Of a stretch of 64,000 nt of DNA, positions 43,090 to 52,411 are shown piece after piece. Source of the DNA: Candidatus Binatia bacterium (GTDB taxonomy: Bacteria > Desulfobacterota > Binatia > UBA9968 > CAXXLF01). How positions within the stretch are numbered: the first letter of the stretch is position 1; each line of letters opens with the position of its first letter. The stretch covers positions 1,920,001 through 1,984,000 of the forward strand of contig CAXXLF010000002.1 of the NCBI GenBank assembly GCA_963664015.2. The letters are read 5' to 3'. The notes under the pieces were generated by a model. That model worked only from the letters and a program-made list of their open reading frames with translations, had not been told where the DNA came from and made no database searches. The position numbers and the translations under genes are program-made.

Positions 43090-45318
43090 ATGGACCCCAA
43101 AGGTGGCGCCAACAAAGGGCTTTTTCCGGTTGAGAAAAACCGCTCCCCCATTTCCGGAGAGCGAACAACCGTGCGCGGGACGATTGCCAGAATCACCTAC
43201 CAGAACCCCCAGGGCTCCTATACGGTTGCCCGCCTTGAGGGTGATGGCGTCCAGGGTGTCACCGTTGTAGGCGGTCTCTCTCCCGTCAGTGAAGGGGAAG
43301 AGATCCTTGCCAGCGGTCTTTGGAAGGTCCATCCCCGCTACGGTCTTCAATTTCAGGTGGAGCAGTGGCAGAAGCTCGAACCCGCGACCTTAGAGGGAAT
43401 GGAAAAGTACCTGGGTTCGGGTTTGATCAAAGGGCTGGGGCCGACATTCGCGCGACGCCTCGTTTCTCGTTTCGGCCTCGACACCTTGAGGGTTATCTCC
43501 CAAGAGCCCCGCCGCTTGCTCGAAGTGGAAGGCATCGGCAGGGGCCGCTGGAATAAAATTCTTCAGGCATGGGAGAAAGAAAAAGGCACACAAGAGGTCA
43601 TGGTTTTTCTCCAGGGCCACGGGGTCAGCAGCGCTTTTGCCATCAGGATCTATCGGGCTCTTGGCAGCGAGACCATTTCCAAGGTGAGAACCGACCCTTA
43701 CTGCCTGGCCTATGAAGTTCATGGCATCGGATTTCTTATGGCGGACCGAATTGCTGATGGATTGGGAATTGCTCGCGACGCCCCGCTGAGAATCCAGGCC
43801 GGGGTTCTGCACGTGCTGCAAAAGTTCTCCGAGCAAGGCCATTGCTTTGTCCCTCTGGAATCGCTCAAATCAAATGCCATCGCTCTTTTAGGTGCAGAAA
43901 TAGAAGAGCAGAGCGTGGCCGAGGCTGTCCAAGCGCTCACCGCCGCCGACCGAATTGTCTTGGAACGATCTCCTACGGAAAACGTTGAACGGGTGTACCC
44001 GCGCCTACTGCATCAGACGGAGGTCGGCATAGCCGAGTCCATCCGCAAGCTGCTTGCCACCGGCTCTTGCCTCTCGCCCGGACAGGCACGGGCCCTGGAA
44101 CGGGGTTACACCTCCAAAGATCTCTTGCTCGACGAGAAACAGCTGGAGGCGATTAGGCAGGCCATTAACCAAAAGGTCTCGATTATCACGGGGGGACCGG
44201 GAACAGGTAAGACAACCCTCTTGATTCATCTCCTGGGCCAATTCCGCGACTGCAAGGTATCCTTTGCCCTTGCCGCACCTACCGGGAGGGCGGCCAAGCG
44301 AATGGGTGAGATGACCGGAGAGCAGGCCAAGACGATCCATCGGCTGCTCGAATACCATCCCCACGGCGGGGGGTTCCAGCGTCGGGCAAAGGAGCCTTTG
44401 GACGTCGATGTGGTTATTATTGATGAGGCCTCTATGGTGGATTTGGTCCTCATGGATCATTTGCTTAGGGCGATCAGACCTCAGAGTCATCTAATTCTCA
44501 TCGGTGATGTAGACCAGCTCCGTTCGGTTGGCCCCGGCCAGGTGCTGAGGGATATGATTGAATCCGGGGTTGTCCCCATGGTCGTGCTCAGCCGTATCTT
44601 TCGCCAGGCCGGTGAGAGCTCGATCGTTGTCAATGCTCATAGGATCCTCAAGGGGGAGCCCCTCTTGCTGGAGAATGAAAAGAACAATCCTGATTTTGTT
44701 TTTCTTCCGCGGGAAAGTCAGGAAGAGATACTTGAAACGTTGAAAGAGTTGATCAAGGAACGTATCCCGCGCCTGTTCCCGGTGGCACCGAACCAGGCCG
44801 TTCAAGTTTTAAGTCCAATGAACCGGGGCCTCTTAGGCACTATCCATCTCAACCAGGAACTCCAGGACCTTTTGAACCCGAAGGGGCAGCCCGTTTACCG
44901 TAGTGGGGGGCTGTTCCGACTGGGGGATAAGGTGATGCAGTTACGTAACAACTACGAAAAAGGAGTTTTCAACGGTGACCTGGGATGGATTACGCACGTT
45001 CACAGGGAAGTAGACGAGGTTGCCGTCGAATTTGACGGAGCTAAGATTCGTTACGGTTTCGATGAACTTGACCAACTGGGACTCGCCTACGCAACCTCTG
45101 TCCATAAGAGTCAGGGAAGCGAGTACCCGGGGGTCGTAATTCCCCTCCATACGACCCACTACCCCATGCTGCACCGAAGTATTCTCTACACCGCAGTGAC
45201 GCGGGGCAAGCAACTGGTGGTGCTTGTTGGGAGCAAGAAGGCCCTATGGATGGCCATCCGGAATGCTCGAGTCGAAGGTCGATTTACCGGACTCGATGAA
45301 AAGCTGAGCATAAGCTAA
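43090..45318 (+). CDS. recD2: ATP-dependent RecD2-like DNA helicase
   Basis: HhH region, TGGPGTGKTT, APTGRAAKR, DEASM, GDVDQL, HKSQGSE and YTAVTR motifs. Confidence 0.93.
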   Translation: MDPKGGANKGLFPVEKNRSPISGERTTVRGTIARITYQNPQGSYTVARLEGDGVQGVTVVGGLSPVSEGEEILASGLWKVHPRYGLQFQVEQWQKLEPATLEGMEKYLGSGLIKGLGPTFARRLVSRFGLDTLRVISQEPRRLLEVEGIGRGRWNKILQAWEKEKGTQEVMVFLQGHGVSSAFAIRIYRALGSETISKVRTDPYCLAYEVHGIGFLMADRIADGLGIARDAPLRIQAGVLHVLQKFSEQGHCFVPLESLKSNAIALLGAEIEEQSVAEAVQALTAADRIVLERSPTENVERVYPRLLHQTEVGIAESIRKLLATGSCLSPGQARALERGYTSKDLLLDEKQLEAIRQAINQKVSIITGGPGTGKTTLLIHLLGQFRDCKVSFALAAPTGRAAKRMGEMTGEQAKTIHRLLEYHPHGGGFQRRAKEPLDVDVVIIDEASMVDLVLMDHLLRAIRPQSHLILIGDVDQLRSVGPGQVLRDMIESGVVPMVVLSRIFRQAGESSIVVNAHRILKGEPLLLENEKNNPDFVFLPRESQEEILETLKELIKERIPRLFPVAPNQAVQVLSPMNRGLLGTIHLNQELQDLLNPKGQPVYRSGGLFRLGDKVMQLRNNYEKGVFNGDLGWITHVHREVDEVAVEFDGAKIRYGFDELDQLGLAYATSVHKSQGSEYPGVVIPLHTTHYPMLHRSILYTAVTRGKQLVVLVGSKKALWMAIRNARVEGRFTGLDEKLSIS

Positions 45319-45387
45319 AAGAGTTGTTTCTTCTTGCCGGGGACACCCCGTTTGACCGAAAACGATTCATGAAAAATACTTTGTTTC

Positions 45388-45434
45388 GATACGCCCTTCG
45401 CCGGCCTATCAGCGCCGGGTCGTGAGGGCATATC
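45388..45434. terminator. Imperfect stem-loop between convergent recD2 and LLM (terminator or REP remnant)
   Basis: GATACGCCCT...AGGGCATATC outer stem with inner CCGGC/GCCGG; no U-tract. Confidence 0.35.
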
Positions 45435-45472
45435 TGACAAGTAGGGCAGAATGAGAATCGCCCTAGCTCGGT

Positions 45473-46555
45473 TCAATAGGGTTCGAAGTTTCTCAATGCC
45501 GGGATTACCTCTCTGCCGAACAGGGTGATCGATCGCATCAAATCTGCTTCGAGCATGGCACCGACATTGAACTCACAAAGGATCGTGTTGAATAACCCAT
45601 CCCGGGCGGCCGCGGATAGCCTTTGGGCCACCGTATCCGGGGCCCCCACAAAGATCAGGTTTCGCTCCAGTAGGTAATCTATGTTGGTCAAATTCCGGGC
45701 GATCTCGGCCGCCCCCAGCTCCCCCCGTTTCTCATAGTTCTCAGCCAGTTTTAGGTATGGAGGCATCGTGTCGGTACCGCGCGTACCGAAGACCTTGGTG
45801 AAACAGTGAAGCAAGTGGGAGGTTAGAGTGTCCTTTGCCCGTTGGTCCGTCTCATCCACATAGACCAGTGTCCAGTAGCCGATGTTGGGCTTGCCCTTGT
45901 GGTTGGATTGCTGCCACAGGCTGAGATAGTCGCGGTAGCGTGGGACCACGTCTTCACGAGGCATGAAGAGAAGGTATCCCGTATGGACTCCCTCTCGAGC
46001 TAGCACCTGGAGGGTTTCCCGGTCGCGCGACTGCATCCATAGTGGAGGGTGCGGCTTTTGGATGGGCTTTACGGAAAGTTGAATATCTCGATACTGATGG
46101 AAAGGCCCGTGGAAGCTAAATTTCCCGCCCGAGGTAAAAGCGGTTTTTACCAGATCCAGACCTTCGTGGGTTAGGGCCCTACGATTCTGGAAATCGGCCT
46201 TGTAGGGTTGAAAAAAATCAGGGACGATACCCGATACCAAACCGAGTTCCAGACGCCCGTGCAGAATGTGATCCAGCATGGCGGCTTCTTCGACGATGCG
46301 AATGGGATCATACAGAGGTACCGTGTAACCCATAGGACCCAAGCGAAGCCGGCGGGTATGAGCTGCCGCCCCTGTACAGTATATGGGAGGCGAGGTCATC
46401 CAACTTTCATGGGGGTTAAAGTGGTGCTCGACGGAGAAGCCGAAATCGAATCCCAAATCATCGCAGAGCTTGAGTTCACGCCAGAGTTGATCGTAGCGCT
46501 CGGATGGCACCATACCTGGCTTGTTCCAGACATGGGAAAAATGGGCAAATTTCAT
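45473..46555 (-). CDS. LLM class oxidoreductase, divergent from the cof operon
   Basis: SVEHH, DPIRIVEEAAMLD, GRLELG and PIQKPHPPLW motifs; start moved to MKFAHF. Confidence 0.9.
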   Translation of the reverse strand: MKFAHFSHVWNKPGMVPSERYDQLWRELKLCDDLGFDFGFSVEHHFNPHESWMTSPPIYCTGAAAHTRRLRLGPMGYTVPLYDPIRIVEEAAMLDHILHGRLELGLVSGIVPDFFQPYKADFQNRRALTHEGLDLVKTAFTSGGKFSFHGPFHQYRDIQLSVKPIQKPHPPLWMQSRDRETLQVLAREGVHTGYLLFMPREDVVPRYRDYLSLWQQSNHKGKPNIGYWTLVYVDETDQRAKDTLTSHLLHCFTKVFGTRGTDTMPPYLKLAENYEKRGELGAAEIARNLTNIDYLLERNLIFVGAPDTVAQRLSAAARDGLFNTILCEFNVGAMLEADLMRSITLFGREVIPALRNFEPY

Positions 46556-46807
46556 GGTCTCAGTCCATACCAAGGAATGGTAGTTTCTGTCCAGCCTGAG
46601 TGAGTGAATTTCGGAAAGGGAGCCCGCGATGGCAGACTGGTCAGTCCATTTTGCGTTGGGGATCCTTGGCCAAGGGCGGGTAAAAACAACGAGCTACTTA
46701 CCGCGGGACCCGTCTTTTCTTTAAGGGCTTATCGCCGATTGAATCGGCAACGGTCCATCGCTCACCATCGGTTGACCTGGGACTTACGATCAGTTATTCA
46801 AGCAGGG

Positions 46808-48001
46808 ATGATTCGTTCTATCTTAGCCGAGTGTCGTCAGGGTAAGCCTCTCGAAAAGGCTGAGGCCCTCCTGCTTTCCTCTGTAAAAGGAGAGGAGTTC
46901 TCTTTACTGCTTGAGGTGGCTGCTGTGTTGCGCGACTGTCATAAAGGCAAGGTCGCTACTTTCTCTCCCAAGGTCTTTATTCCGCTGACCAATCTATGCC
47001 GTGATTTTTGCGGTTACTGTACCTTTCGGAGGGCTCCCGATGAACCCGGGGCGCACACCCTGACTCTCGACGAAGTGCTGAAGATTGCCCAGCAGGGAAG
47101 GATCATGGGTTGCACTGAGGTTCTTTTCAGTCTCGGGGACAGACCCGAGGCCATCTACGCTGAGATGCGGGAGTTTTTGGCCGAGAAAGGATACCGTCGG
47201 ACCCTGGACTACCTCTTTGAAGCCTGCAAGACCGTGCTTGAGGAAACTGGACTCCTGCCTCATTCCAACGCAGGCCTTATTGGACGCAAAGACCTCGCCA
47301 GCCTGCGTGACGTCAATGTCAGTCTGGGTCTCATGTTGGAAAATATCAGCCAGCGTCTGTCCCAACCCTGGGGACCCCATTTCAACGCTCCGGATAAGAA
47401 GCCGTCACTACGGGTCAAGACCATCGAAGAAGCCGGAAAGCTCCGAATCCCATTCACGACCGGTCTCCTGATTGGGATCGGCGAGAATTGGGCCGAGCGG
47501 ATCGATTCCCTCTTGAAGATCCGGGAGCTGCATAGGCATTACGGTCATGTTCAGGAGATCATTGTCCAAAATTTTCGTCCCAAGCCAGCGACACCCATGG
47601 GGGATTGGCCGGAACCTGCCATGGATGAGGTGGTCAAGACCATCGCTTTGGCGCGTTTGATCCTGGGTGGGGAGATGAACATCCAAGCGCCGCCGAACCT
47701 CAACCCAAATAGCTACGAGACCTATCTTGCGGCTGGGATCAATGACTGGGGTGGGGTTTCTCCGGTAACGGTGGATCACATCAATCCGGAGGCGCCGTGG
47801 CCGACCCTCGAGACGTTATACCGGAAATCATCCCAGGCTGGGTTTGTGTTACGTGCGCGGCTCCCCGTGTATCCCGAGTTTATTCGTGCACGGCAAGAGT
47901 TCATCGCACCGGGTCTCTGGCCCTACGTGGAGCGCCTTTGCGGTGCCGACGGCTTGGTAAAAGGAGAGGAAAACTATGCATCAGTTGCTGGCGCCCTTTG
48001 A
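46808..48001 (+). CDS. cofG: FO synthase subunit CofG (radical SAM)
   Basis: FSPKVFIPLTNLCRDFCGYCTF, LLPHSNAG, PFTTGLLIGIGE, QAPPNL and GINDWGGVSP...INPEAPWP motifs; start uncertain. Confidence 0.93.
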   Translation: MIRSILAECRQGKPLEKAEALLLSSVKGEEFSLLLEVAAVLRDCHKGKVATFSPKVFIPLTNLCRDFCGYCTFRRAPDEPGAHTLTLDEVLKIAQQGRIMGCTEVLFSLGDRPEAIYAEMREFLAEKGYRRTLDYLFEACKTVLEETGLLPHSNAGLIGRKDLASLRDVNVSLGLMLENISQRLSQPWGPHFNAPDKKPSLRVKTIEEAGKLRIPFTTGLLIGIGENWAERIDSLLKIRELHRHYGHVQEIIVQNFRPKPATPMGDWPEPAMDEVVKTIALARLILGGEMNIQAPPNLNPNSYETYLAAGINDWGGVSPVTVDHINPEAPWPTLETLYRKSSQAGFVLRARLPVYPEFIRARQEFIAPGLWPYVERLCGADGLVKGEENYASVAGAL

Positions 48002-49226
48002 TACGGCTGATCCTGAACATAGAGTCGAGCAGCTCCTTCCCCGGGTGCAACCAGCCCTCAGGCGGATCTTGGACCGGGCTCTTCAAGGCTATGAAATTGG
48101 AGAACGGGAAGGGCTTGTCCTATGCCGAGTGGAGGGGCACGAACTGGCGGCCTTGGCCGCGACGGCCGACCTTTTGCGCCGGCGAAAGGTTGGGGATCGG
48201 GTGACCTATGTGGTCTGCCGTAACATCAACTTTACTAACGTCTGCTATGTCGGTTGCAAGTTCTGCGCTTTTAGCACCGGGCCCTACGGGGCCGATGCCT
48301 GGAATTATCCCTTAGAGGAAGTGGGGCGTCGGGCGGAGGAGGCCTGGAACAGAGGAGCTACCGAGGTCTGTATGCAGGGAGGCTTACCTCGAGGTATGGC
48401 CCCCGGATATTACCGGGATCTCCTCAGCGCGATAAAAACCCGCGTCCCGCGTCTTCACATCCATGCCTATTCGCCTATGGAAGTAACCTACGGCGTCGAG
48501 CTAACGGGCCTATCTATGGAAGAGTACCTCAAGGATCTTCGTGAGGCGGGCCTGGGCAGTCTACCCGGAACGGCGGCAGAGATCCTGGACGATAACGTGC
48601 GTATGGTCCTTTCAAAAAACAAGGTCAGTGTGGCCCAATGGGTCAAGGTGATTACCACGGCCCATCGGCTGGGGATCCCGACCACTGCAACCATGATGTA
48701 TGGCCACAGGGAAACCGGTGAACACTGGGTCCGGCACATACTGCTGCTCAGGGAGATTCAGAAGGAGACCGGGGGTTTTACCGAGTTTGTTCCATTGGGG
48801 TTTGTTCATCAAAATACTGCCCTGTACCAGCAGGGGCTGGCTCGGCCCGGGCCCACAACAGCCGAGCACATCCGTGTCCATGCCCTCGCACGGATTTTGT
48901 TGAACGACTGGATTCCCAACCTACAGGTCTCATGGGTGAAGATAGGACGGAGGATGTCCCAGTTGTGTTTGCGCTCAGGGGCCAATGACTTCGGCGGTAC
49001 GCTAATGGAAGAGAGCATCTCACGACTGGCGGGATCGGAAGAGGGACAGATGATGTGGCCCTATGAGTTTCGAAACCTGACCTGGGAGATAGACCGGATT
49101 CCCGCGCAACGGTCCACCACATATGCCATCGTGCACAGTTGGGGGGAGAAGCCCCAACCCGCAGGCGTTGAGTCGCCACGGGAGTTCGAAGCTCCAGACT
49201 TGGACCGCGAGTTGTGCGGGCTTTAG
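47976..49226 (+). CDS. cofH: 5-amino-6-(D-ribitylamino)uracil--L-tyrosine 4-hydroxyphenyl transferase CofH
   Basis: RNINFTNVCYVGCKFCAF, GATEVCMQGG, PGTAAEILDD and GANDFGGTLMEESISR motifs; adjacent to cofG. Confidence 0.92.
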   Translation: MHQLLAPFDTADPEHRVEQLLPRVQPALRRILDRALQGYEIGEREGLVLCRVEGHELAALAATADLLRRRKVGDRVTYVVCRNINFTNVCYVGCKFCAFSTGPYGADAWNYPLEEVGRRAEEAWNRGATEVCMQGGLPRGMAPGYYRDLLSAIKTRVPRLHIHAYSPMEVTYGVELTGLSMEEYLKDLREAGLGSLPGTAAEILDDNVRMVLSKNKVSVAQWVKVITTAHRLGIPTTATMMYGHRETGEHWVRHILLLREIQKETGGFTEFVPLGFVHQNTALYQQGLARPGPTTAEHIRVHALARILLNDWIPNLQVSWVKIGRRMSQLCLRSGANDFGGTLMEESISRLAGSEEGQMMWPYEFRNLTWEIDRIPAQRSTTYAIVHSWGEKPQPAGVESPREFEAPDLDRELCGL

Positions 49227-49229
49227 AGA

Positions 49230-50150
49230 ATGATTGTTGTCCTTACGGGAGGGACCGGGGGGGCCAAACTCGTTGAGGGTTTGTATCTTGAGCTCGATCC
49301 CAATGATCTCCTGGTCATTTGCAATACGGCCGATGACCTCGAGGTCCACGGTCTCTATGTGGCTCCCGACCTGGACACTGTGGTGTATACCTTGGCGGGG
49401 ATCGTGGATCGGGCCAAGGGTTGGGGAATCCAGTCAGAGACCTTCACCACGTTGCAGCGCCTCGGCCAACTTGGAGAGGAAACCTGGTTCCGACTGGGGG
49501 ACCAAGACCTGGCGACCCATCTGGTCCGCAACCGCCTCTTGAATCAGGGGCAAACCCTGGCTCAGGTGACGGCCCGGTTCACCAAGATGTTGGGTATCGG
49601 AGCCCAAATTCTCCCTATGTCCAATGATCGGGTAGAGACCCGAGTGAAGACACACAAGGGAGAGATCTCCTTTCAGGAGTATTTTGTCAGGGACGGTTGG
49701 GGAGATTCGGTAGAAGGGCTGGCCTTGGTTGGAGTCGAACGGAGCCGGCCTGCACCGGGTATTTTGGAAGCAATCGGGAACGCCAATGGGGTTATCCTCT
49801 GCCCGAGCAATCCAGCTACCAGCATTGGCCCGATTCTGGCGGTTCCCGGGATTCGGGAGGCCCTCAGGGAGGTCCAGGCCCCCATCGTTGCCGTGAGTCC
49901 CATAGTGCAGCAGAGGCCTTTTAGCGGCCCGGCGCATAAGTTGATGGCGCACCTCGGTATGGAAGTGTCTTCCTTTGGAGTCGCTCATGCCTACAGGGAC
50001 TTCCTGGATCTAATGGTCATTGCCAAGGAGGACAGCGAATTGATAGAAAGGATCGGGACATTGGGAATTCAAGCCAGAGCTACGTTGATTGGCATGGAAA
50101 AAACAGAAGACAAAAAACGCCTGGCACAGGAATTACTGACCTTGCTTTGA
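49230..50150 (+). CDS. cofD: 2-phospho-L-lactate / PEP transferase CofD (FbiA)
   Basis: GGTGGAK, NTADD, PDLDTVVY, WFRLGDQDLATH, FQEYFV, PSNP and SGPA motifs. Confidence 0.95.
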   Translation: MIVVLTGGTGGAKLVEGLYLELDPNDLLVICNTADDLEVHGLYVAPDLDTVVYTLAGIVDRAKGWGIQSETFTTLQRLGQLGEETWFRLGDQDLATHLVRNRLLNQGQTLAQVTARFTKMLGIGAQILPMSNDRVETRVKTHKGEISFQEYFVRDGWGDSVEGLALVGVERSRPAPGILEAIGNANGVILCPSNPATSIGPILAVPGIREALREVQAPIVAVSPIVQQRPFSGPAHKLMAHLGMEVSSFGVAHAYRDFLDLMVIAKEDSELIERIGTLGIQARATLIGMEKTEDKKRLAQELLTLL

Positions 50151-50151
50151 T

Positions 50152-50297
50152 CCGCCTTCGCAGAAGACCATGGGCGTAAGCCCATGGATGAATGCGAGGG
50201 TCGGACCCTCCGAAGCTAAATCAGTGAAGGAGGGTGCTTCGGCGGATTCCGCCGAAGAAATGATGGATACCACGGGCGTAAGCCCGTGGAGGCTACA
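50152..50297 (+). mobile_element. Non-autonomous palindromic element resembling IS200/IS605 ends (PATE/MITE-like), between cofD and cofC
   Basis: Two subterminal hairpins with compensatory changes (CCATGGGC-GTAA-GCCCATGG and CCACGGGC-GTAA-GCCCGTGG), preceded by TTGAT, ending GGAGGCTACA; no terminal inverted repeat or obvious target duplication; related copy at 1231. Confidence 0.7.
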
Positions 50298-50299
50298 TT

Positions 50300-50950
50300 A
50301 TGAAGACAGCCGTATTGGTTCCAGCCAAGGGGTTCGCCAAAGCAAAGAGGAGACTAGCCCCCGTCCTTAGCCAGTGGCAACGCAGGGACTTGGCCGAGTC
50401 AATGTTTCGCCGGGTGCTGCAACAAGTGGGATGGGCGAGGGGAGTTGACGCGACCTTTGTTGTGACTCGAGATGGAGAAGTGGAGGGATTGGCCCACTCG
50501 TTAGGGGCTCAGGTGATTTCAGAACACCAGGAAAGGGGCGAGTCTTATGCGGTGAGTTTTGCTCTTGGCGCACTAGTCCAAAAAGGGTTCCGAGCTGTTT
50601 TGGTCCTTCCCGGTGATCTTCCGTTATTACACTCCGTTGACGTTGAAACGATCCTGAATCAGCTCCCAAAGGGAACACCGGATTCTCCCTTCGCCTTATT
50701 GGTTCCTTCGTGGGATCGGATGGGGACCAATGCCCTTTTGCTCTCGCCGCCCCATGTGATCCATCCCCGATTCGGTTGCGACAGTTTCTGTGCTCATTTG
50801 GCTCAGATTGCTTCCAAGGGGGTTCCCTTTAAAATTGTCGAGAACCGACGGATTGCCTTAGACATTGATGAACCCAACGATCTCAAACATGTTCGGCAAT
50901 CAGGCATTGATGGCGGTCGCTGCTGCGGGCAGATTCTAACCAACATCTAG
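50300..50950 (+). CDS. cofC: 2-phospho-L-lactate / PEP guanylyltransferase CofC (FbiD)
   Basis: VPAKGFAKAKRRL, PGDLP, GTNALL, PRFG and LDIDEPNDL motifs. Confidence 0.92.
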   Translation: MKTAVLVPAKGFAKAKRRLAPVLSQWQRRDLAESMFRRVLQQVGWARGVDATFVVTRDGEVEGLAHSLGAQVISEHQERGESYAVSFALGALVQKGFRAVLVLPGDLPLLHSVDVETILNQLPKGTPDSPFALLVPSWDRMGTNALLLSPPHVIHPRFGCDSFCAHLAQIASKGVPFKIVENRRIALDIDEPNDLKHVRQSGIDGGRCCGQILTNI

Positions 50951-50953
50951 AGT

Positions 50954-51709
50954 ATGAAACGACTGGAAATTATGGGCCTCGACGGGATCGGCGAGGTCGA
51001 GCGGGGTAACTCAATTGGCAGGTTGATTCACGACAGCTGTCTCCGTCTCGGTATCGACCTAGCGGCCGGAGACATCGTGGTGATCGCCCAGAAAGTCGTT
51101 TCTAAAGCCGAAGGACAAGTGGTTCGATTGGAGGACATCCATCCCTCGCCCCGTGCCGAGGAACTCTCCCGTGAGTTGGCCAAGGATCCACGTTTGGTCG
51201 AGCTGATCCTTAGCGAGAGTCGTCGTGTTGTCAAGACCGGTAGAGGAACCATTATTGTGGAGACCCATCACGGCTTTATCTGTGCCAACGCCGGGGTGGA
51301 TCTTTCCAATGTCGGGGTGGGGCTCGTCGCGCTGTTGCCTCGTGACCCGGACCGATCGGCGGCACGAGTTAGAGAAGAAATCAGGGTGCTTTGCGGAGTC
51401 GCCCCTGGAGTAGTCATCAGTGACTCCTTCGGACGACCCTGGCGGCTGGGAACGACTGATGTAGCGTTAGGGGTTGCCGGAATAGAGCCGTTGAAGGATT
51501 ATCGGGGCGAGACCGATCCTTACGGTTATGAGCTCCGAGCGTCCCTGACGGCTTTAGGAGACGAGGTGGCTTCGGCTGCTAGCCTGGCCATGGGTAAAAA
51601 GAATCAAATCCCTGTGGTACTGATCCGCGGCTGTGACGTCGGTCAGGGTTCAGGGTCGGGGCAAGGACTGTTGCGCCCTAAAGCGCACGACCTCTTTCGT
51701 GGACTATGA
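50954..51709 (+). CDS. cofE: F420-0:L-glutamate ligase CofE (single domain)
   Basis: AQKVVSKAEG, HGFICANAGVDLSN, LLPRDPD and DSFGRPWRLG motifs; no C-terminal nitroreductase domain. Confidence 0.95.
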   Translation: MKRLEIMGLDGIGEVERGNSIGRLIHDSCLRLGIDLAAGDIVVIAQKVVSKAEGQVVRLEDIHPSPRAEELSRELAKDPRLVELILSESRRVVKTGRGTIIVETHHGFICANAGVDLSNVGVGLVALLPRDPDRSAARVREEIRVLCGVAPGVVISDSFGRPWRLGTTDVALGVAGIEPLKDYRGETDPYGYELRASLTALGDEVASAASLAMGKKNQIPVVLIRGCDVGQGSGSGQGLLRPKAHDLFRGL

Positions 51710-51719
51710 GGATGAGTTA

Positions 51720-52367
51720 TTGGACAGAGAAATCACCATAGCCTTAGTGGGTGGGACGGGGAATCTGGGCACCGCTTTGGCCTATAGGCTGGCCAAACCA
51801 GGAATCCGACTGATCATCGGTTCCCGTGACGAGGCCAAGGCTACGGCGGTGGTAACCTCTCTTCGGGAGACAATCAAAGAGGGTAAGTTGGAGGGAAAGG
51901 ACAACCTAGGCGCGGTGTGGGATTCGGAGATTGTTGTTATCGCCGTCCCATACGATGGCCACACCCGTACGCTCATGGATATCAAGGAGGCCGTCGCAGG
52001 AAAAGTCGTGATCGACGCCGTTGTCCCGCTCAAAAAGGGGCGCGCCTTTGTCCCGCCGGCGGGCTCTGCCCTGCTAGAGGCGCAGGAGATTATCGGCGCG
52101 ACGGCCCATCTTGTGGGTGCCTTCCATCATGTTTCCGCTGTGGATCTGCAATCCTCGAAAGCCTCATTGGGGGACGTGTTGATTTGCGGCGACGACGACA
52201 AGGCCAAGCAAACAGCGACAGAAGTAATCGAAACGGTAGGTGCGCGAGCTCTCGATGCCGGCCCGGCGCGCCATGCCTATATCATCGAAGGCATGACCGG
52301 CGTACTGATCCATCTCAACCGTAAATACAAGTCCAAACACGCCAGTCTGAAGGTAACGGGAATCTGA
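51720..52367 (+). CDS. npdG: NADPH-dependent F420 reductase (F420H2:NADP+ oxidoreductase)
   Basis: VGGTGNLG, IGSRD, AVPY, IDAVVPL and GAFHHVSA motifs; TTG start after GAGGA; last gene of the cof cluster. Confidence 0.88.
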   Translation: MDREITIALVGGTGNLGTALAYRLAKPGIRLIIGSRDEAKATAVVTSLRETIKEGKLEGKDNLGAVWDSEIVVIAVPYDGHTRTLMDIKEAVAGKVVIDAVVPLKKGRAFVPPAGSALLEAQEIIGATAHLVGAFHHVSAVDLQSSKASLGDVLICGDDDKAKQTATEVIETVGARALDAGPARHAYIIEGMTGVLIHLNRKYKSKHASLKVTGI

Positions 52368-52384
52368 GAAATAGAGAGTCAATG

Positions 52385-52407
52385 CCAAGGTACCTAGGGT
52401 ACCTTGG
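52385..52407. terminator. Perfect 10-bp hairpin between convergent genes
   Basis: CCAAGGTACC-TAG-GGTACCTTGG; no U-tract. Confidence 0.45.
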
Positions 52408-52411
52408 GACG

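Noticed and set aside
50170-50370. 66-aa ORF with repeated GVSPW
   Set aside because: It is the translation of the two hairpins of the palindromic element and overlaps cofC out of frame.
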